A stretch of 64,000 bases of DNA from Candidatus Eiseniibacteriota bacterium (GTDB lineage Bacteria > Eisenbacteria > RBG-16-71-46 > CAIMUX01 > VGJL01), in assembly GCA_041946735.1 (NCBI GenBank), contig JBHGAY010000016.1:63157-127156 (forward strand). The letters are read 5' to 3'. A program made the translations under genes and the position numbers. Of this stretch, positions 36,519 to 46,892 are shown piece by piece (position 1 is the first letter of the stretch; each line of letters begins with the position of its first letter). Below the pieces are notes generated by a model. That model had not been told where the DNA came from and did no database searches. It was given only the letters and a program-made list of their open reading frames with translations.

Positions 36519-37767
36519 ACCGCCTGAGGTTCACGAGCTCGTTCAGCATCTCATCGGCCGTCGAGATCACGCGGGCGTTCGCCTGGAACCCGCGCTGAGC
36601 GACGATCATGTTGCTGAACTCCTGCGATACGTCGACGTTCGAGCTTTCGAGCGCGCCCGGCGTGATCGTGGACGAAGCCGATCCACCCGCGAAGGAGAGG
36701 ATCGCCGCCCCGGAGTTCGGAGTCTCCTCGTAAACATTGTCGCCGGAGCGGATCAATCCGCCGGGATTGTTGAAGCTCGCGAGCGAGATCTGCGCAAGCA
36801 CGCGCGTGGTTCCGTTCGAGAAGGTGCCGTTCACCATCCCGCGGGAGTCGACGCTGACGTTGACGAGGTCGCCCGCCTGGTAGCCGTCCTGGCTGTTCAC
36901 GACGGCGTTCGAGGCGTTGGCGAATCCCGAAAGACCGTCGAACCCGCCGACCGTCCCCGGGTCGAGCGTGATCTCGAACGGCTCGGCGTTGGGCGGCGTC
37001 AGCGTGATCGACTCGCCGCCGCCCGGATAGGTGAAGCTTTCGAGGCTACCGTCCGTGCCGAAGGTGACCGTCCCCTCGGTGTCGGGCGTGACCGGAGCGG
37101 TGTCGCAGGTGGCGACCCACGACCAGGTGCCCGGGCCGGTGTTCGTGAACAGGATCTGGAGATTGTGCGGAGTGCCGAGCGCGTCGTAGACGGTGATTCC
37201 CATCGAGTGGGTGTCGTCGACCTCGGCGTCGGCGTCGAGGTTGCCCGTGAGCGACACCAACGACGTCTCCTTGGCCGCCGCTTTGGCTCCGAGCGCGATC
37301 TCCACGTCGCTGATCGCCGCGGTGCCGTTGAACTTTCCGTTCTCGTCCGCGTTGACGCCCTGCAGAATGTAGCCCGAGAAGGGAGAGACGAGCCGGCCGT
37401 TCGCGTCGAGCTGGAAGTTGCCGGCCCGCGTGAAGACGCGGTTCTGTCCGTTGCTCAGCACGAAGAGGCCGTCCCCCTGGATCGCGAGGTCGAGCGGCTG
37501 GCCCGTGTTCTCGAGGCTCCCCTGCGTGAAGAGCTGGTCGATGCTGCCGACGTTGGTTCCGGTCCCGACCTGGACCGGGTTCATCCCACCGGTCATGTCG
37601 TCGGGCCGCTGCGCCTTCGACAGCACCTGCACGAACGCTTCCTCGAACGTCGCGCGCGATGCCTTGAACCCGATCGTGTTGACGTTCGCGATATTGTTGC
37701 CGATCACGTCCATCCGGACCTGGTGGCTCCGGAGCCCGGACACGCCGGCGAAAAGAGCACGCATCAT
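36517..37767 (-). CDS. flgE: Flagellar hook protein FlgE
   Basis: GVSGL..MDVIGNNIANVNT.GFK, DLAIQGDG, TRAGNF, LESSNVD..EF..MI.AQRGFQAN. Confidence 0.97.
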   Translation of the reverse strand: MMRALFAGVSGLRSHQVRMDVIGNNIANVNTIGFKASRATFEEAFVQVLSKAQRPDDMTGGMNPVQVGTGTNVGSIDQLFTQGSLENTGQPLDLAIQGDGLFVLSNGQNRVFTRAGNFQLDANGRLVSPFSGYILQGVNADENGKFNGTAAISDVEIALGAKAAAKETSLVSLTGNLDADAEVDDTHSMGITVYDALGTPHNLQILFTNTGPGTWSWVATCDTAPVTPDTEGTVTFGTDGSLESFTYPGGGESITLTPPNAEPFEITLDPGTVGGFDGLSGFANASNAVVNSQDGYQAGDLVNVSVDSRGMVNGTFSNGTTRVLAQISLASFNNPGGLIRSGDNVYEETPNSGAAILSFAGGSASSTITPGALESSNVDVSQEFSNMIVAQRGFQANARVISTADEMLNELVNLRR

Positions 37768-37913
37768 GGCTTCTCAATCCTCCCCTGAGAGATCGTTCTC
37801 TTCCGTCCTGTCGTCTCTCCCGCTCGGCTCCGCCGGCGGAGCTTGGTTCAACTTCGTGGCGCGTCCGCCCGATTCATAGCGCGTCTCGCCCGATTCGCGG
37901 CGCATCTCGCCCC

Positions 37914-38570
37914 TCAGTCCCTCGGTCCCTGGAATTCCGCGACATCGTCCAGGCGAACCTCGATGTCCGCGTCGGCGAGGCGGAGGAGAATCTCTCCGCC
38001 CTCGAACGAGACCCCGCCGACGATTCCGCGCGTGTAGGTGATGACCGACACGGCTTCGCCCTCGGAATCCTTCACCTCGATCTTGTAGTGGTAGGAGCCG
38101 GGGGGAAGCCCCTCGGGAAGATCGACGTCCTGTCGTCCACCCGGGAGGCTTCCAAGCTCCCGGCTCGCCACCTCGCGCCCGTCCTCGTCGAACAGGCGCA
38201 GCGTCGCGGCTCCGCCGGCGTCCGCCACCTCGATCCGGATCCGTCCGGCGCCCTCTTCCGGGATCGCCACGCGGTCCCCCTCGGCGGTCACCTCGCGCCC
38301 GAGCAACGCGGCGCTGAAGGCGGTCTTCGAGAGGAGGGCGTTCAGGTGGAGCGTCTCGCCCTGGCTCATCAAAGCGTCGTTCACCTCGGTGAGCTGCTCG
38401 ACGCTCGTGAACGTCGCGAGTTGCGAGGCGAACTCGTGCGGCTGGAGCGGGCTCAGAGGATCCTGATTCTGCAGCTGCGTGACGAGCAGCTTGAGGAACT
38501 GGTCCTTGCCGAGCGCGGTCCGCTCGGCCGGGTTGCCGGCTGCGCTCGACCCGATCGGATTGAGGATCAT
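37914..38570 (-). CDS. flgD: Flagellar hook capping protein FlgD
   Basis: LGKDQFLKLLVTQLQNQDPLSP..SQLA.F..VEQL. Confidence 0.95.
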   Translation of the reverse strand: MILNPIGSSAAGNPAERTALGKDQFLKLLVTQLQNQDPLSPLQPHEFASQLATFTSVEQLTEVNDALMSQGETLHLNALLSKTAFSAALLGREVTAEGDRVAIPEEGAGRIRIEVADAGGAATLRLFDEDGREVASRELGSLPGGRQDVDLPEGLPPGSYHYKIEVKDSEGEAVSVITYTRGIVGGVSFEGGEILLRLADADIEVRLDDVAEFQGPRD

Positions 38571-38577
38571 CGGCTGC

Positions 38578-40644
38578 CTACCTTTCCTGGTGACGCGCTC
38601 CGCGCCACTCGCGCACCTCGCGCCCGTCGCGCACCTCGTGCCCGCCGCGCCACTCGTGCCCCTCGTGGTCCCCGCGGTTCTCGCGTTTCCCGCGCCCCTC
38701 GGCCGGATCGTGCCCGCGGCGGGAGCCGTCCCCATCGTTGGCGCGCCGGTCGTGCGGCGTGTCGTCCTGGCGTCCCGGCTGCGAATCGGCGGCGGCCGGC
38801 GCCGCCTGCGCCATCTGGTGAACCGACACCTTCGCGGCGGAGAAGCCGCGATCGGCGAGGGATCGCTGGAGTTCGTTCAAGTCGGTTCCGAGCCGCCGGA
38901 CCGTCTCGGGATTCGCGGAGTAGATCGCGGCCTGCACCGACTCGCCGCGGACGGTCAGACGCAGGTGCCCGTCGATTCCGCCATCGCCGCGCAGGTCGAT
39001 CGTGATCGGTCGGCCGGGCATCGTGGACGCCGCCTCGAGGTTCGGCTCGGCGGGCGGAGTGGCGGGATCGGCCCCACTCGCCTTCGTCAAGGCGAGGCCG
39101 TTGGCAGCGTCGATCGCACGCGCGGATTGTGAGCCGTTCGGCGCCATAGGGACCGGAGTCGCTTGATCGAAAGTCCGCGGCGACGCCGGACCGGAAGCCG
39201 CCTGCGCGGTCGTAGTGGCGCCCGCGTGGCGCCCGGACCGGCGCGCCGGCGAGTCGATCACGTTCACGCCTGGCCGTCCGAGGTTGCGCGTCGCAGCCGG
39301 AGTCCTCGGATCGTCCGCTGCTCGCTGCTCCACGATCCGCGAGCGCCCGTCTACCGGCTGCGCTGCGTGCGGATCCGGCTTGGGCAGCTGAGATTCGTTC
39401 GGCGACTCCGCCGCCTGCGTAGAGGACGCCGGAGCGGGCGTGCCCGCCGATCGCCTGTAGCCCTCGGAGAAGGCCACGCGCGTTGCCTCTCCGGCCGGCG
39501 GTTTCGGCGCGGAGCCGGCCGGCTCCTCCGTCATCGCATGGCCAGCGAGCGATTCCGCCGACTTCGCGCCGGCGACGTCGAGCAGCTCGAGCGCTCGCAA
39601 CGCGCGCGTTGCTTGGCGGTCCGCCTCCTGGGAAGGAGAGAGAAGCCGATACTCGGGCGGCGGTGTCGCCGCAGGCGCCCGCGCCGCCAGCGGGTCAGCG
39701 GAGGCAGGAAGCGTCTCGCCGAGGGGGATGCCATGGCGCGTCGTCGTCTCCGCGGTCGGGTCCGCTGTCCCTGCAGCGACGTCGTGCGGCATCGGAGTCG
39801 CGGCCGCCGGGTCCCCTTCGCCATGGAGGATCGGTGGAAGGATGGCCCACTCGGCGACCCATTCGGAGCGCGTGCGCACGAGCGGGATCGCATGCGTGCG
39901 AGCGAAGGAAGCCGGCGGAGGTGCGGGGGTCGAGGCCGCAGACGGCTGTTCCGTCGATGCCGCGGCCGAGCCCGTCGGCGCGGTCCCGTCGAGGGCCGGG
40001 CTTGCGCCGGGTTGCGGTCGAGCTGTTCCGGCGCTGGATGGCTTCGCCGCTGCGGCGAGCATCTGAAGGAAGCGGGCGGTCCTGGCGAGCGAAGCCGGCC
40101 GCCTCTCCTCCGCCAGCTTCGGCTGTGCCGGCTCCGGCGCCTGTGCCACTTGCGGCGCCTGTGCCAGCTCCAGCGGCTCGGCCGGCTTCGCGCCTTGCGC
40201 CGTGCCTCCCGCCTTCACCGTCCGTGGCGTGATGGAAGCGGGATGCGGGTGCAGCGGCCGTCCGTCGAGCTGGGGGCGCCGATCGTCCAACGACGGGCCT
40301 TCGTGAGAAGGAGCGCCCGTGGAGGCGCTGCCGCGACCGTGATCCGGCGCGGGCTTCGCCTCGGCCGTGTTCTCCGGCGCTTGCGGCTCCTCCCGCTCCA
40401 AGCCGGGTGCCGTCCCGCCGTGCTGCGTCGTCAACTCCGCCTGTCGCCTCTCTTGTTCCGTGGGCGGAGGCGACTGCGGCGTGTGCGGCGGCGTCCGCGT
40501 CTCCTCAGCCGCGCCTCCCTGCTGCATGGCCGCTGCGAACGCGTCGTCGAACGATTCCATCTCCTCTTCCCGCCTGGGACCCGTCGTCGGGTGCGGTTGC
40601 TCCGAGAAGTTCGGTGGAGGCAAGGGCCGGATCACGATCGTCAT
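38578..40644 (-). CDS. fliK: Flagellar hook-length control protein FliK
   Basis: Long Pro/Ala-rich disordered region, C-terminal domain (ITIDL..GHLRLTV..L...L.EL...L...G), position before flgD. Confidence 0.75.
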   Translation of the reverse strand: MTIVIRPLPPPNFSEQPHPTTGPRREEEMESFDDAFAAAMQQGGAAEETRTPPHTPQSPPPTEQERRQAELTTQHGGTAPGLEREEPQAPENTAEAKPAPDHGRGSASTGAPSHEGPSLDDRRPQLDGRPLHPHPASITPRTVKAGGTAQGAKPAEPLELAQAPQVAQAPEPAQPKLAEERRPASLARTARFLQMLAAAAKPSSAGTARPQPGASPALDGTAPTGSAAASTEQPSAASTPAPPPASFARTHAIPLVRTRSEWVAEWAILPPILHGEGDPAAATPMPHDVAAGTADPTAETTTRHGIPLGETLPASADPLAARAPAATPPPEYRLLSPSQEADRQATRALRALELLDVAGAKSAESLAGHAMTEEPAGSAPKPPAGEATRVAFSEGYRRSAGTPAPASSTQAAESPNESQLPKPDPHAAQPVDGRSRIVEQRAADDPRTPAATRNLGRPGVNVIDSPARRSGRHAGATTTAQAASGPASPRTFDQATPVPMAPNGSQSARAIDAANGLALTKASGADPATPPAEPNLEAASTMPGRPITIDLRGDGGIDGHLRLTVRGESVQAAIYSANPETVRRLGTDLNELQRSLADRGFSAAKVSVHQMAQAAPAAADSQPGRQDDTPHDRRANDGDGSRRGHDPAEGRGKRENRGDHEGHEWRGGHEVRDGREVREWRGARHQER

Positions 40645-41252
40645 CTCTCCTCCTCGGTAGCGCCGGGGAGAAGCCTGCGACCGATCCGCGCGGCCCGGTC
40701 TTCGGGCAGGCGCGCGAGGAGGTCGGCCGCCTTCCGCGCGCCGACCGCGTGCAGGATCTCCTCGACCTGTTCGTCGGTGAACCCGGCGAGCAGCTTCGCC
40801 GCGTCCGCCGGCTTCATATTGTTCAGGATCTTGGCGAACTGCTTGTAGCGCGTGCCCGGTGCGGCTGCGGGCTCCGCGGGGCCGGAGGACACCGGTTGCG
40901 CTGCTGCAGCGGACTCTGCGCTCGCTGCCCGCTGCGCCTGCGGCTCGCTCGCCGTCTCCGCCGAGGTTGCCGCCGCCGTCTCCTCAGCCATCTTCTCCGC
41001 CTCCTCTTCCGCCGCCACCGCCGCCGTCTCCGCGCCGCCCAGCTCCGCATCGACCGACGGCTTCACCTCCGTCACCGGCGCGCCTGCGGCCGCAAGGTCC
41101 GTCTCCGCCACCGCGCCTGCGTCTGCGTCTGCGCCTGCACCCGCCGCGCCCGGCTGCCCCTTCGGCGCCGTCATCAGCCGCGCGCCCGTCCCGGCCGTCA
41201 GCGCGACCACGAAGACCACCGCCGCGATCACGATCCACCGCCGTCGGATCAC
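40641..41252 (-). CDS. MotE/FlbB-like (MgtE N-terminal-like) flagellar protein
   Basis: N-terminal TM, FAKILNNMKPADAAKLL..KAADLLA; lies between fliJ and fliK. Confidence 0.75.
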   Translation of the reverse strand: MIRRRWIVIAAVVFVVALTAGTGARLMTAPKGQPGAAGAGADADAGAVAETDLAAAGAPVTEVKPSVDAELGGAETAAVAAEEEAEKMAEETAAATSAETASEPQAQRAASAESAAAAQPVSSGPAEPAAAPGTRYKQFAKILNNMKPADAAKLLAGFTDEQVEEILHAVGARKAADLLARLPEDRAARIGRRLLPGATEEER

Positions 41253-41708
41253 CTAACCCTCCTCCGCCGTCCGCCGGAGCCGGAGCTGCGCGACGTCGTC
41301 GAACTCCCGCTGCTCCTGACGCGACTCGTCGACCGACCATTGGGCGCGGCGGCGCTCCTTCAGCCGCTCCACGACCCGCCGTCCCTTTCGCGCCTCGCCG
41401 AACCGCGTCTTCTCCGTCTCGACCTCCTCGCACGCCTTCTGGTGCGACTCCTCCGCGGCCTCGACCTCGCCGGCCGCCGCCTTGATCGCCAGATCGAGAT
41501 TGTGCAGCACTCCCGCCTGGGTCACGCCCGCCTCGGCCGTCTCGGAGATCTGCTCCCCGCAGCGGCCGAGCTTCTCCTCCGCCTCCTCGAGCGCCTCCTT
41601 GCGGGACCGTTCGGCGCGCAGCGCGCGCCCGAGCTCCCGAGCCCGCTCCTTCTCCTCTCGCTGGCGAAGGTCAAGCACGCGATCCAACCGGAACACGAAC
41701 CTTCTCAT
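41253..41708 (-). CDS. fliJ: Flagellar export chaperone FliJ
   Basis: FVFRLDRVLDLR, coiled coil, ERLKE..EQREFDD. Confidence 0.92.
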   Translation of the reverse strand: MRRFVFRLDRVLDLRQREEKERARELGRALRAERSRKEALEEAEEKLGRCGEQISETAEAGVTQAGVLHNLDLAIKAAAGEVEAAEESHQKACEEVETEKTRFGEARKGRRVVERLKERRRAQWSVDESRQEQREFDDVAQLRLRRTAEEG

Positions 41709-43191
41709 TCCTCTCTCCCTTCAGGTGCTTGTCGATGAGGGTCGCCAGGTGCTGGAGGCGCACCTGCGTCTCGGGAAGGCTCGAGGAGTCGTGCGCCTCT
41801 TGCCGCAGGAACGCCTCGATCTGCGACCGCAGCGCGATCGCCGCGTCGACCTGCGGATCGGCTCCCGGCTTGTACGCTCCGACCGCGATCAGATCCTCGT
41901 GGGACCGATACGCGGCCTCGAGCCGCAGCAGGGCGTTCGCCGCCTCGAGATGCTGCCTGGGAATCACGGCGTCGCGTACGCGGCTGACGCTCTCCAGCAC
42001 GTCGATGGCGGGGAAGTGCTTCGCGTTGGCGAGCTGCCGCGAGAGGACGATGTGGCCGTCGAGGATCGAGCGGGTCGCATCGGCGATCGGCTCGTTGAAG
42101 TCGTCCCCCTCGACCAGGACCGTGTAGAGCCCGGTGATGCTGCCCTGCCGCGCCGTCCCGGCCCGCTCGAGCAGCCGCGGCAGATTCGCGAAGACCGACG
42201 GGGGATACCCCTTCGTAGTGGGCGGCTCCCCGACGGCGAGCCCGATTTCGCGCCACGCCATCGCCACGCGCGTGATCGAGTCCATCATCAAGAGGACGTT
42301 CCGCCCCGAGTCGCGGAAGTACTCGGCGATCGCTGTCGCGACGAGCGCTCCGGTCGCGCGCACGACGGCCGCCTGATCGCTCGTCGCCGCGACGACGACG
42401 GAGCGCCGCAGTCCGTCGGTCCCGAGATCCCGTTCGATGAACTCCCGCACCTCGCGCCCGCGCTCTCCGAGAAGCGCGATCACGTTGACGTCGGCGGTGG
42501 TGTGGCGGGCGATCATGCCGAGGAGCACGCTCTTGCCGACGCCGCTCCCCGCCATGATCCCGATCCTCTGCCCTTGGCCGAGCGTGATCAGGCCGTCCAA
42601 GGCGCGCACGCCGGTGCCGAGCGGCTGCGCGATCGGGGAACGCTCGAGCGGATTCGGGAGCCGTCCGAGGAGCGAGCAGCGACGCCGCGAACCGATGCGG
42701 TCGCCGCCGTCGATCGGGCGGCCGAGGCCGTTCAGGACGCGACCGATCAACCCCTCGCCGGCGTCCGCGTAGAAGCCGCGCCCGAGCGGGATCACGACGG
42801 CTCCTGGATGGATCCCCTCGATCTCGCCCAGCGGCATCAGCAGGATTCCCTGCTCGTGGAAGCCGACCGCCTGCGCCAGCATCGCCGGGCGGTCCTCCGG
42901 GGCGATCCGGCATACCTCGCCGACCGCCACCGGCAGCGACGTCGCCTCGACCACCTGGCCGATGACGCGGCGCACGCGGCCGCACAGCGTGAAGCGAGGA
43001 CTGGCCTCGACCCGGGCGACCGATTCCTCGAGCCATCCTCCGGAGGCCGATGCGGCGGCGGAGCCGGAGACAAGGCCGGAGACAGAGCCGAAGCCCGAGC
43101 CGGAGAAAGAGCCGGAGCCCGAGCCGGAGGCGGGGCCGAAGCCATCGGCGCCGTCGGCGTAGAACGGCTCAATCGAATTCCAGCCGCTCAT
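41671..43191 (-). CDS. fliI: Flagellar export ATPase FliI
   Basis: AGSGVGKS Walker A, GERGREV, MDSITR, GEPPTTKGYPPS, LDGHIVLSR..FPAID; Ser/Gly-rich N-terminal extension; start uncertain. Confidence 0.96.
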   Translation of the reverse strand: MSGWNSIEPFYADGADGFGPASGSGSGSFSGSGFGSVSGLVSGSAAASASGGWLEESVARVEASPRFTLCGRVRRVIGQVVEATSLPVAVGEVCRIAPEDRPAMLAQAVGFHEQGILLMPLGEIEGIHPGAVVIPLGRGFYADAGEGLIGRVLNGLGRPIDGGDRIGSRRRCSLLGRLPNPLERSPIAQPLGTGVRALDGLITLGQGQRIGIMAGSGVGKSVLLGMIARHTTADVNVIALLGERGREVREFIERDLGTDGLRRSVVVAATSDQAAVVRATGALVATAIAEYFRDSGRNVLLMMDSITRVAMAWREIGLAVGEPPTTKGYPPSVFANLPRLLERAGTARQGSITGLYTVLVEGDDFNEPIADATRSILDGHIVLSRQLANAKHFPAIDVLESVSRVRDAVIPRQHLEAANALLRLEAAYRSHEDLIAVGAYKPGADPQVDAAIALRSQIEAFLRQEAHDSSSLPETQVRLQHLATLIDKHLKGERNEKVRVPVGSRA

Positions 43192-43930
43192 GGATGCTCC
43201 GGATCGCGAGGTCGAGGCGCCCGTCGAGGATCTGGTTCGCTCCCTCGAGGACGAAGCCGCCGCGTTCCATGGTGGGATCGGCAAGCCAGTGGATCGTGCG
43301 GGCGCGCCCGCGCGACGCGAGCGCCTCGATCTCCGGCGTGAGGATCTCGAGATCGGCTGGGTGCAGGCGCCCTTCCACCGGCTCGTCGACGTGCAGCATC
43401 TCGATCGCGCGCCCGACCAGGTCGCGCAGGATCGTCGGGTCGCCCGAGACCTCGCGCTCGATCAGCTTCGAAGCGACCGCGAGGGAGAGGACGCGGACCT
43501 GCCGCGAGAGGTCGCGCGCCAGATCGGCGCGCAGGGCCCCGAACGCGTCGGCCGCCGCCGCCGCGGCCTCGAGCGCCGGCGCGATCGCCCGCTCCGCGCG
43601 CGCGGTCCCTTCGCGCAGCCCCTCGACGTGTCCCTTCGCGTACGAGGCGTCGATCTCGGCGATACGCCGCGCTTCGGCAGGGCTCTCGGTCGGCCGCCGT
43701 CCGGCCACCGCGCCCGCGGCCGAGGCCGCGCCCGCACCCGCGCCGCCCGCGCGCGCTGCCGCCGCCGCACCGGCGAGATCCGCCAGCTCCCATGGACGCG
43801 GCATGCGGCTGCTCGCCGCTGCGCCGGCCTCGCGCGGCGCGTCGTCGCCGCCGGCGACCCCGAAGCACGCCGGAGCCCACCGGCGGGTCTCTTCGCGCTC
43901 CGGGGCGCTGGGGTCAAACGACGATGTCAT
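43169..43930 (-). CDS. fliH: Flagellar assembly protein FliH
   Basis: AxxxGxxxGxxxG repeats (YAKGHVEGLREG), LHPAD, DP...GG. Confidence 0.9.
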   Translation of the reverse strand: MTSSFDPSAPEREETRRWAPACFGVAGGDDAPREAGAAASSRMPRPWELADLAGAAAAARAGGAGAGAASAAGAVAGRRPTESPAEARRIAEIDASYAKGHVEGLREGTARAERAIAPALEAAAAAADAFGALRADLARDLSRQVRVLSLAVASKLIEREVSGDPTILRDLVGRAIEMLHVDEPVEGRLHPADLEILTPEIEALASRGRARTIHWLADPTMERGGFVLEGANQILDGRLDLAIRSIHERLEFD

Positions 43931-44981
43931 CGCCCCCGCTCTCCCTCTGGACCACGATCTCCCCGTCCGACTCCAACCGGCGAACGACCTCGATGATTCG
44001 CGCGTGGGACGCTTCCACGTCCTTCACGCGAACAGGACCGAGAAGCTCGATCTCCTCCTCGAGCGCCTCTCCCGCCCTCTCCGACATGTTCGCCTTGATG
44101 TGAGCCTTCAGCTCCTCGCTCGCGACCTTCAGCGCGAGCGCGAACTCCTTCGTGTCGATCTCGCGCAGCAGCTTCTGGATCCCCTTGCCGTCGACCGACA
44201 GGAGATCCTCGAACGTGAACATCAGAGCCCGCACGCTCGCCGCCAGCTCCGGGTTCCTGTCCTGGATCGAGTCGAGGAGCTGCGGCTGCAGGTCGTCGCC
44301 GGAGAGGTTCAGCACCTTCGCGACAGCGGCCGGCCCTCCGCCCGGCGCGAGACCGGTCGCGAGCGTGAGGTCGGTCTTGCTCCGCAAGGTCGTCTCGACG
44401 AGCGAGAGGACCTCCGGGGAGACGCGATCGATCCGCGCCATCCTGTAGAGGATGTCGCCGGCCAGAGTCACGTCCATCCGCTTGAGCACCTCGAACGCCG
44501 CCTTGGATTCCAGGTGAGCGAGGATCAGCGCGGCCGTTTGCGGATGCTCGCCGCGCACGATCGAGAGCAGCGTCTCGGGCGCGGCGGTCTTCAGCCGGGC
44601 GATTCCGTTCTCTTCCACCTGCTCGCGCACCCGCGCCCAGAGCGCCTTGGCCGTGTCGGCCCCGAAGGCCTGGCTCAGCAGCTTCTGCGCTGCCTCCGGG
44701 CCCTCTGCGCGCGTCATCTCCGGCGCTTTCACCTTTTCGCGGTACTCGCGCAGGACGTCCTGCACGACCTCCTCAGGCACCACCGGGAGTGTCGCCATCT
44801 CGCGCAGCACGATCTCGAGCTGTTCGGGCGAGAGCTGACGCAGCAGCTCGCTGCCTTCCTCGTCGGCGAGCGCCATGCAGACGATCGCGCACTTCTGAGC
44901 CCCGGTCAGGGAGCGGGCGGTCGCCTTGCCGCCTCCGCCTCCGCCTGCGGATCCGGTCGCCGTCCCCGCGCCGGCCATCAC
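43914..44981 (-). CDS. fliG: Flagellar motor switch protein FliG
   Basis: LTGAQK.AI, EHPQT.A.IL, MFTFEDL, NMSERA, GPVRVKDVE. Confidence 0.97.
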   Translation of the reverse strand: MMAGAGTATGSAGGGGGGKATARSLTGAQKCAIVCMALADEEGSELLRQLSPEQLEIVLREMATLPVVPEEVVQDVLREYREKVKAPEMTRAEGPEAAQKLLSQAFGADTAKALWARVREQVEENGIARLKTAAPETLLSIVRGEHPQTAALILAHLESKAAFEVLKRMDVTLAGDILYRMARIDRVSPEVLSLVETTLRSKTDLTLATGLAPGGGPAAVAKVLNLSGDDLQPQLLDSIQDRNPELAASVRALMFTFEDLLSVDGKGIQKLLREIDTKEFALALKVASEELKAHIKANMSERAGEALEEEIELLGPVRVKDVEASHARIIEVVRRLESDGEIVVQRESGGDDIVV

Positions 44982-46510
44982 GACTCCGCCAGCCAGCTCT
45001 TCACGACGCGGGCGGATGTCTCCGCCGGCACGTGCGTGAGGGCGCCGGATGCCGCCGGCCGTCCAGCAGGAAGAGCGGGAATCGAGCCGGCTACGCCGCC
45101 GGGCAGCAGCCCGCCGGACATCGACTCGTCCGCGTCGCCGCCCGCGCCACCGCCCAGCGCGCGCGCGCGAGCCGCGGCTGCGGCGGAGCCGGAACCGGAG
45201 CCCGCTGCGCCCCCGCGCAGCGCCCGCAGCGCGAGAACGAGCAGCGCCGCGACGGCGAGGAGCGAGAGCAGCGGCTTCACGAACTTCTCGGCGATCCGCG
45301 TCGGATCGAAGCCGGGCTTCGGCGTCGGCGCGCCCGCGTCCGTGCCGGTCAGGTCGATCTTCCCGAACGGGATCGACAGGACGGTCAGCCGGTCGCCGCG
45401 CGACGGGTCGATGCCGATCGCGTCGCGCACCATCCCCTCGAGGTCAGCGACGCGCACATCGGCCGCGCCTGCCCCCGCGCCCGGTCCGATCGCCGTCTCG
45501 TCGACGAGCACCGAGGCGGTCAGCCTCTCGATGCGCCCCGAGGCGCTGAGGTTCTTCTCGATCCGGCGGGAGGTCTGGTAGGAGTTGTTGACCACGACCT
45601 GGGAGCCGCCTCCGGCCCCCGGATCGGTCTCGCTCCGCTGCTCGCTCGTCAGGGCCTGCGACTCGGGATCGAACGTCTCGATCGTGCTGTCGATCTGGTC
45701 GAAGTTCATCTCGACCGCGACCTGCGCCCGCACCTTCCCCGGTCCGGTCACGGTCTCGAGCAGCCGCTCGACCTTCTCGGCCATGTGCTGCTCGACCGAC
45801 CTCTCCGTCTCGAGCTGCCAGCCGGTCAGTCCCGCGACCGATCCGCTCCCCGAGGGGATCGAGAGGACGCGCCCTTCGTCGTCCATCACGGCGACGTTGT
45901 CGCTCGTCAGCCGCTCGACGCTGTTGCTGACGACGTAGGTGATTCCCTGCACCGTTTCGGGGGAGAGGACGGCGTTGCCGTCGAGCGTCAACACGACCGA
46001 GGCGCTCGCCGGCCGCTCGAGCTTGCGAAGGGGGCTCGCGGTCGGCAGCACGAGATGGACCTGGGCGGCCTTCACGCCGCGGATCGAGCCGATCGTGCGT
46101 GCGAGCTCCCCTTCGAGGGCGCGCTGGTAGGTGACGCGTTGCGTGAAGTCGGTCATCCCCCAGGACGGTTTGTCGAACAGCTCGAGGCCGGGGCGCCCGC
46201 CTCGCGGGAGGCCTTCCTTGGCCAGCGCGACTCGGGCGCTCGCGGCCTGCTCGGCCGGTACGAGGATCTCGGTGCCGCCCGCGTCGAGCCGCGTGGAGAT
46301 CCCCGCCTTGCGAAGTTTCTCCTCCATCGTCCCGACGTCGGCGAGATCCAGATCGCGAAAGAGAGGGACGTAGGTCGGCGTCGACGCCCAGCGGCCGACC
46401 GACCAGACGATCACGATGGCGAGAAGGCCGGCGCCCAGCAGCAGGAAACGGCGGGAGCCGGAGGCGTTCATCGTCCCGAAGGCGCTTGAAAGCGAAGAGA
46501 GAGGGCTCAT
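44978..46510 (-). CDS. fliF: Flagellar M-ring protein FliF
   Basis: GLELFDKPSWGMTDF.Q..YQRALEGELARTI, ASASV, RGD; two TM segments. Confidence 0.96.
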   Translation of the reverse strand: MSPLSSLSSAFGTMNASGSRRFLLLGAGLLAIVIVWSVGRWASTPTYVPLFRDLDLADVGTMEEKLRKAGISTRLDAGGTEILVPAEQAASARVALAKEGLPRGGRPGLELFDKPSWGMTDFTQRVTYQRALEGELARTIGSIRGVKAAQVHLVLPTASPLRKLERPASASVVLTLDGNAVLSPETVQGITYVVSNSVERLTSDNVAVMDDEGRVLSIPSGSGSVAGLTGWQLETERSVEQHMAEKVERLLETVTGPGKVRAQVAVEMNFDQIDSTIETFDPESQALTSEQRSETDPGAGGGSQVVVNNSYQTSRRIEKNLSASGRIERLTASVLVDETAIGPGAGAGAADVRVADLEGMVRDAIGIDPSRGDRLTVLSIPFGKIDLTGTDAGAPTPKPGFDPTRIAEKFVKPLLSLLAVAALLVLALRALRGGAAGSGSGSAAAAARARALGGGAGGDADESMSGGLLPGGVAGSIPALPAGRPAASGALTHVPAETSARVVKSWLAES

Positions 46511-46544
46511 GCGTCGCTCGTTCCTTGCTCCTCGGTTCCTCGTC

Positions 46545-46865
46545 CTACTGCATGTTCATCAACGTGCGGTAGGTCTCGGTCAGCTTGTTGCGAATCTCGA
46601 CGAGGAGGTCGAGGGCGATGCCCGCTTCCTCGCTCGCCGCCATCACGTCGTGGATCTCGACCGGCTCGCCTCGCAGGAACGCGGCGATCTTCTCCTGCGC
46701 GTTCGACTCGAGAGCGGAGGCGTCGCCGACCGCCTTCTTCAGCAGATCCGCGAAGGAGGCGGAACCGTCGGCGCCGCTCGTGCGCGGCGCGAGCCGCCCG
46801 CCGTCCTCCACCGTTTCCCACGGCCGCAGGATCGCTTCGCCTGCCGTCCGGATCGGGATCGTCAT
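46545..46865 (-). CDS. fliE: Flagellar hook-basal body protein FliE
   Basis: SFADLL..HDVM.A..A.I.L..IRNKL.E.Y..LMNMQ. Confidence 0.95.
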   Translation of the reverse strand: MTIPIRTAGEAILRPWETVEDGGRLAPRTSGADGSASFADLLKKAVGDASALESNAQEKIAAFLRGEPVEIHDVMAASEEAGIALDLLVEIRNKLTETYRTLMNMQ

Positions 46866-46892
46866 CGCCGTCCTCTTCGCAGCGGCCGCGGC

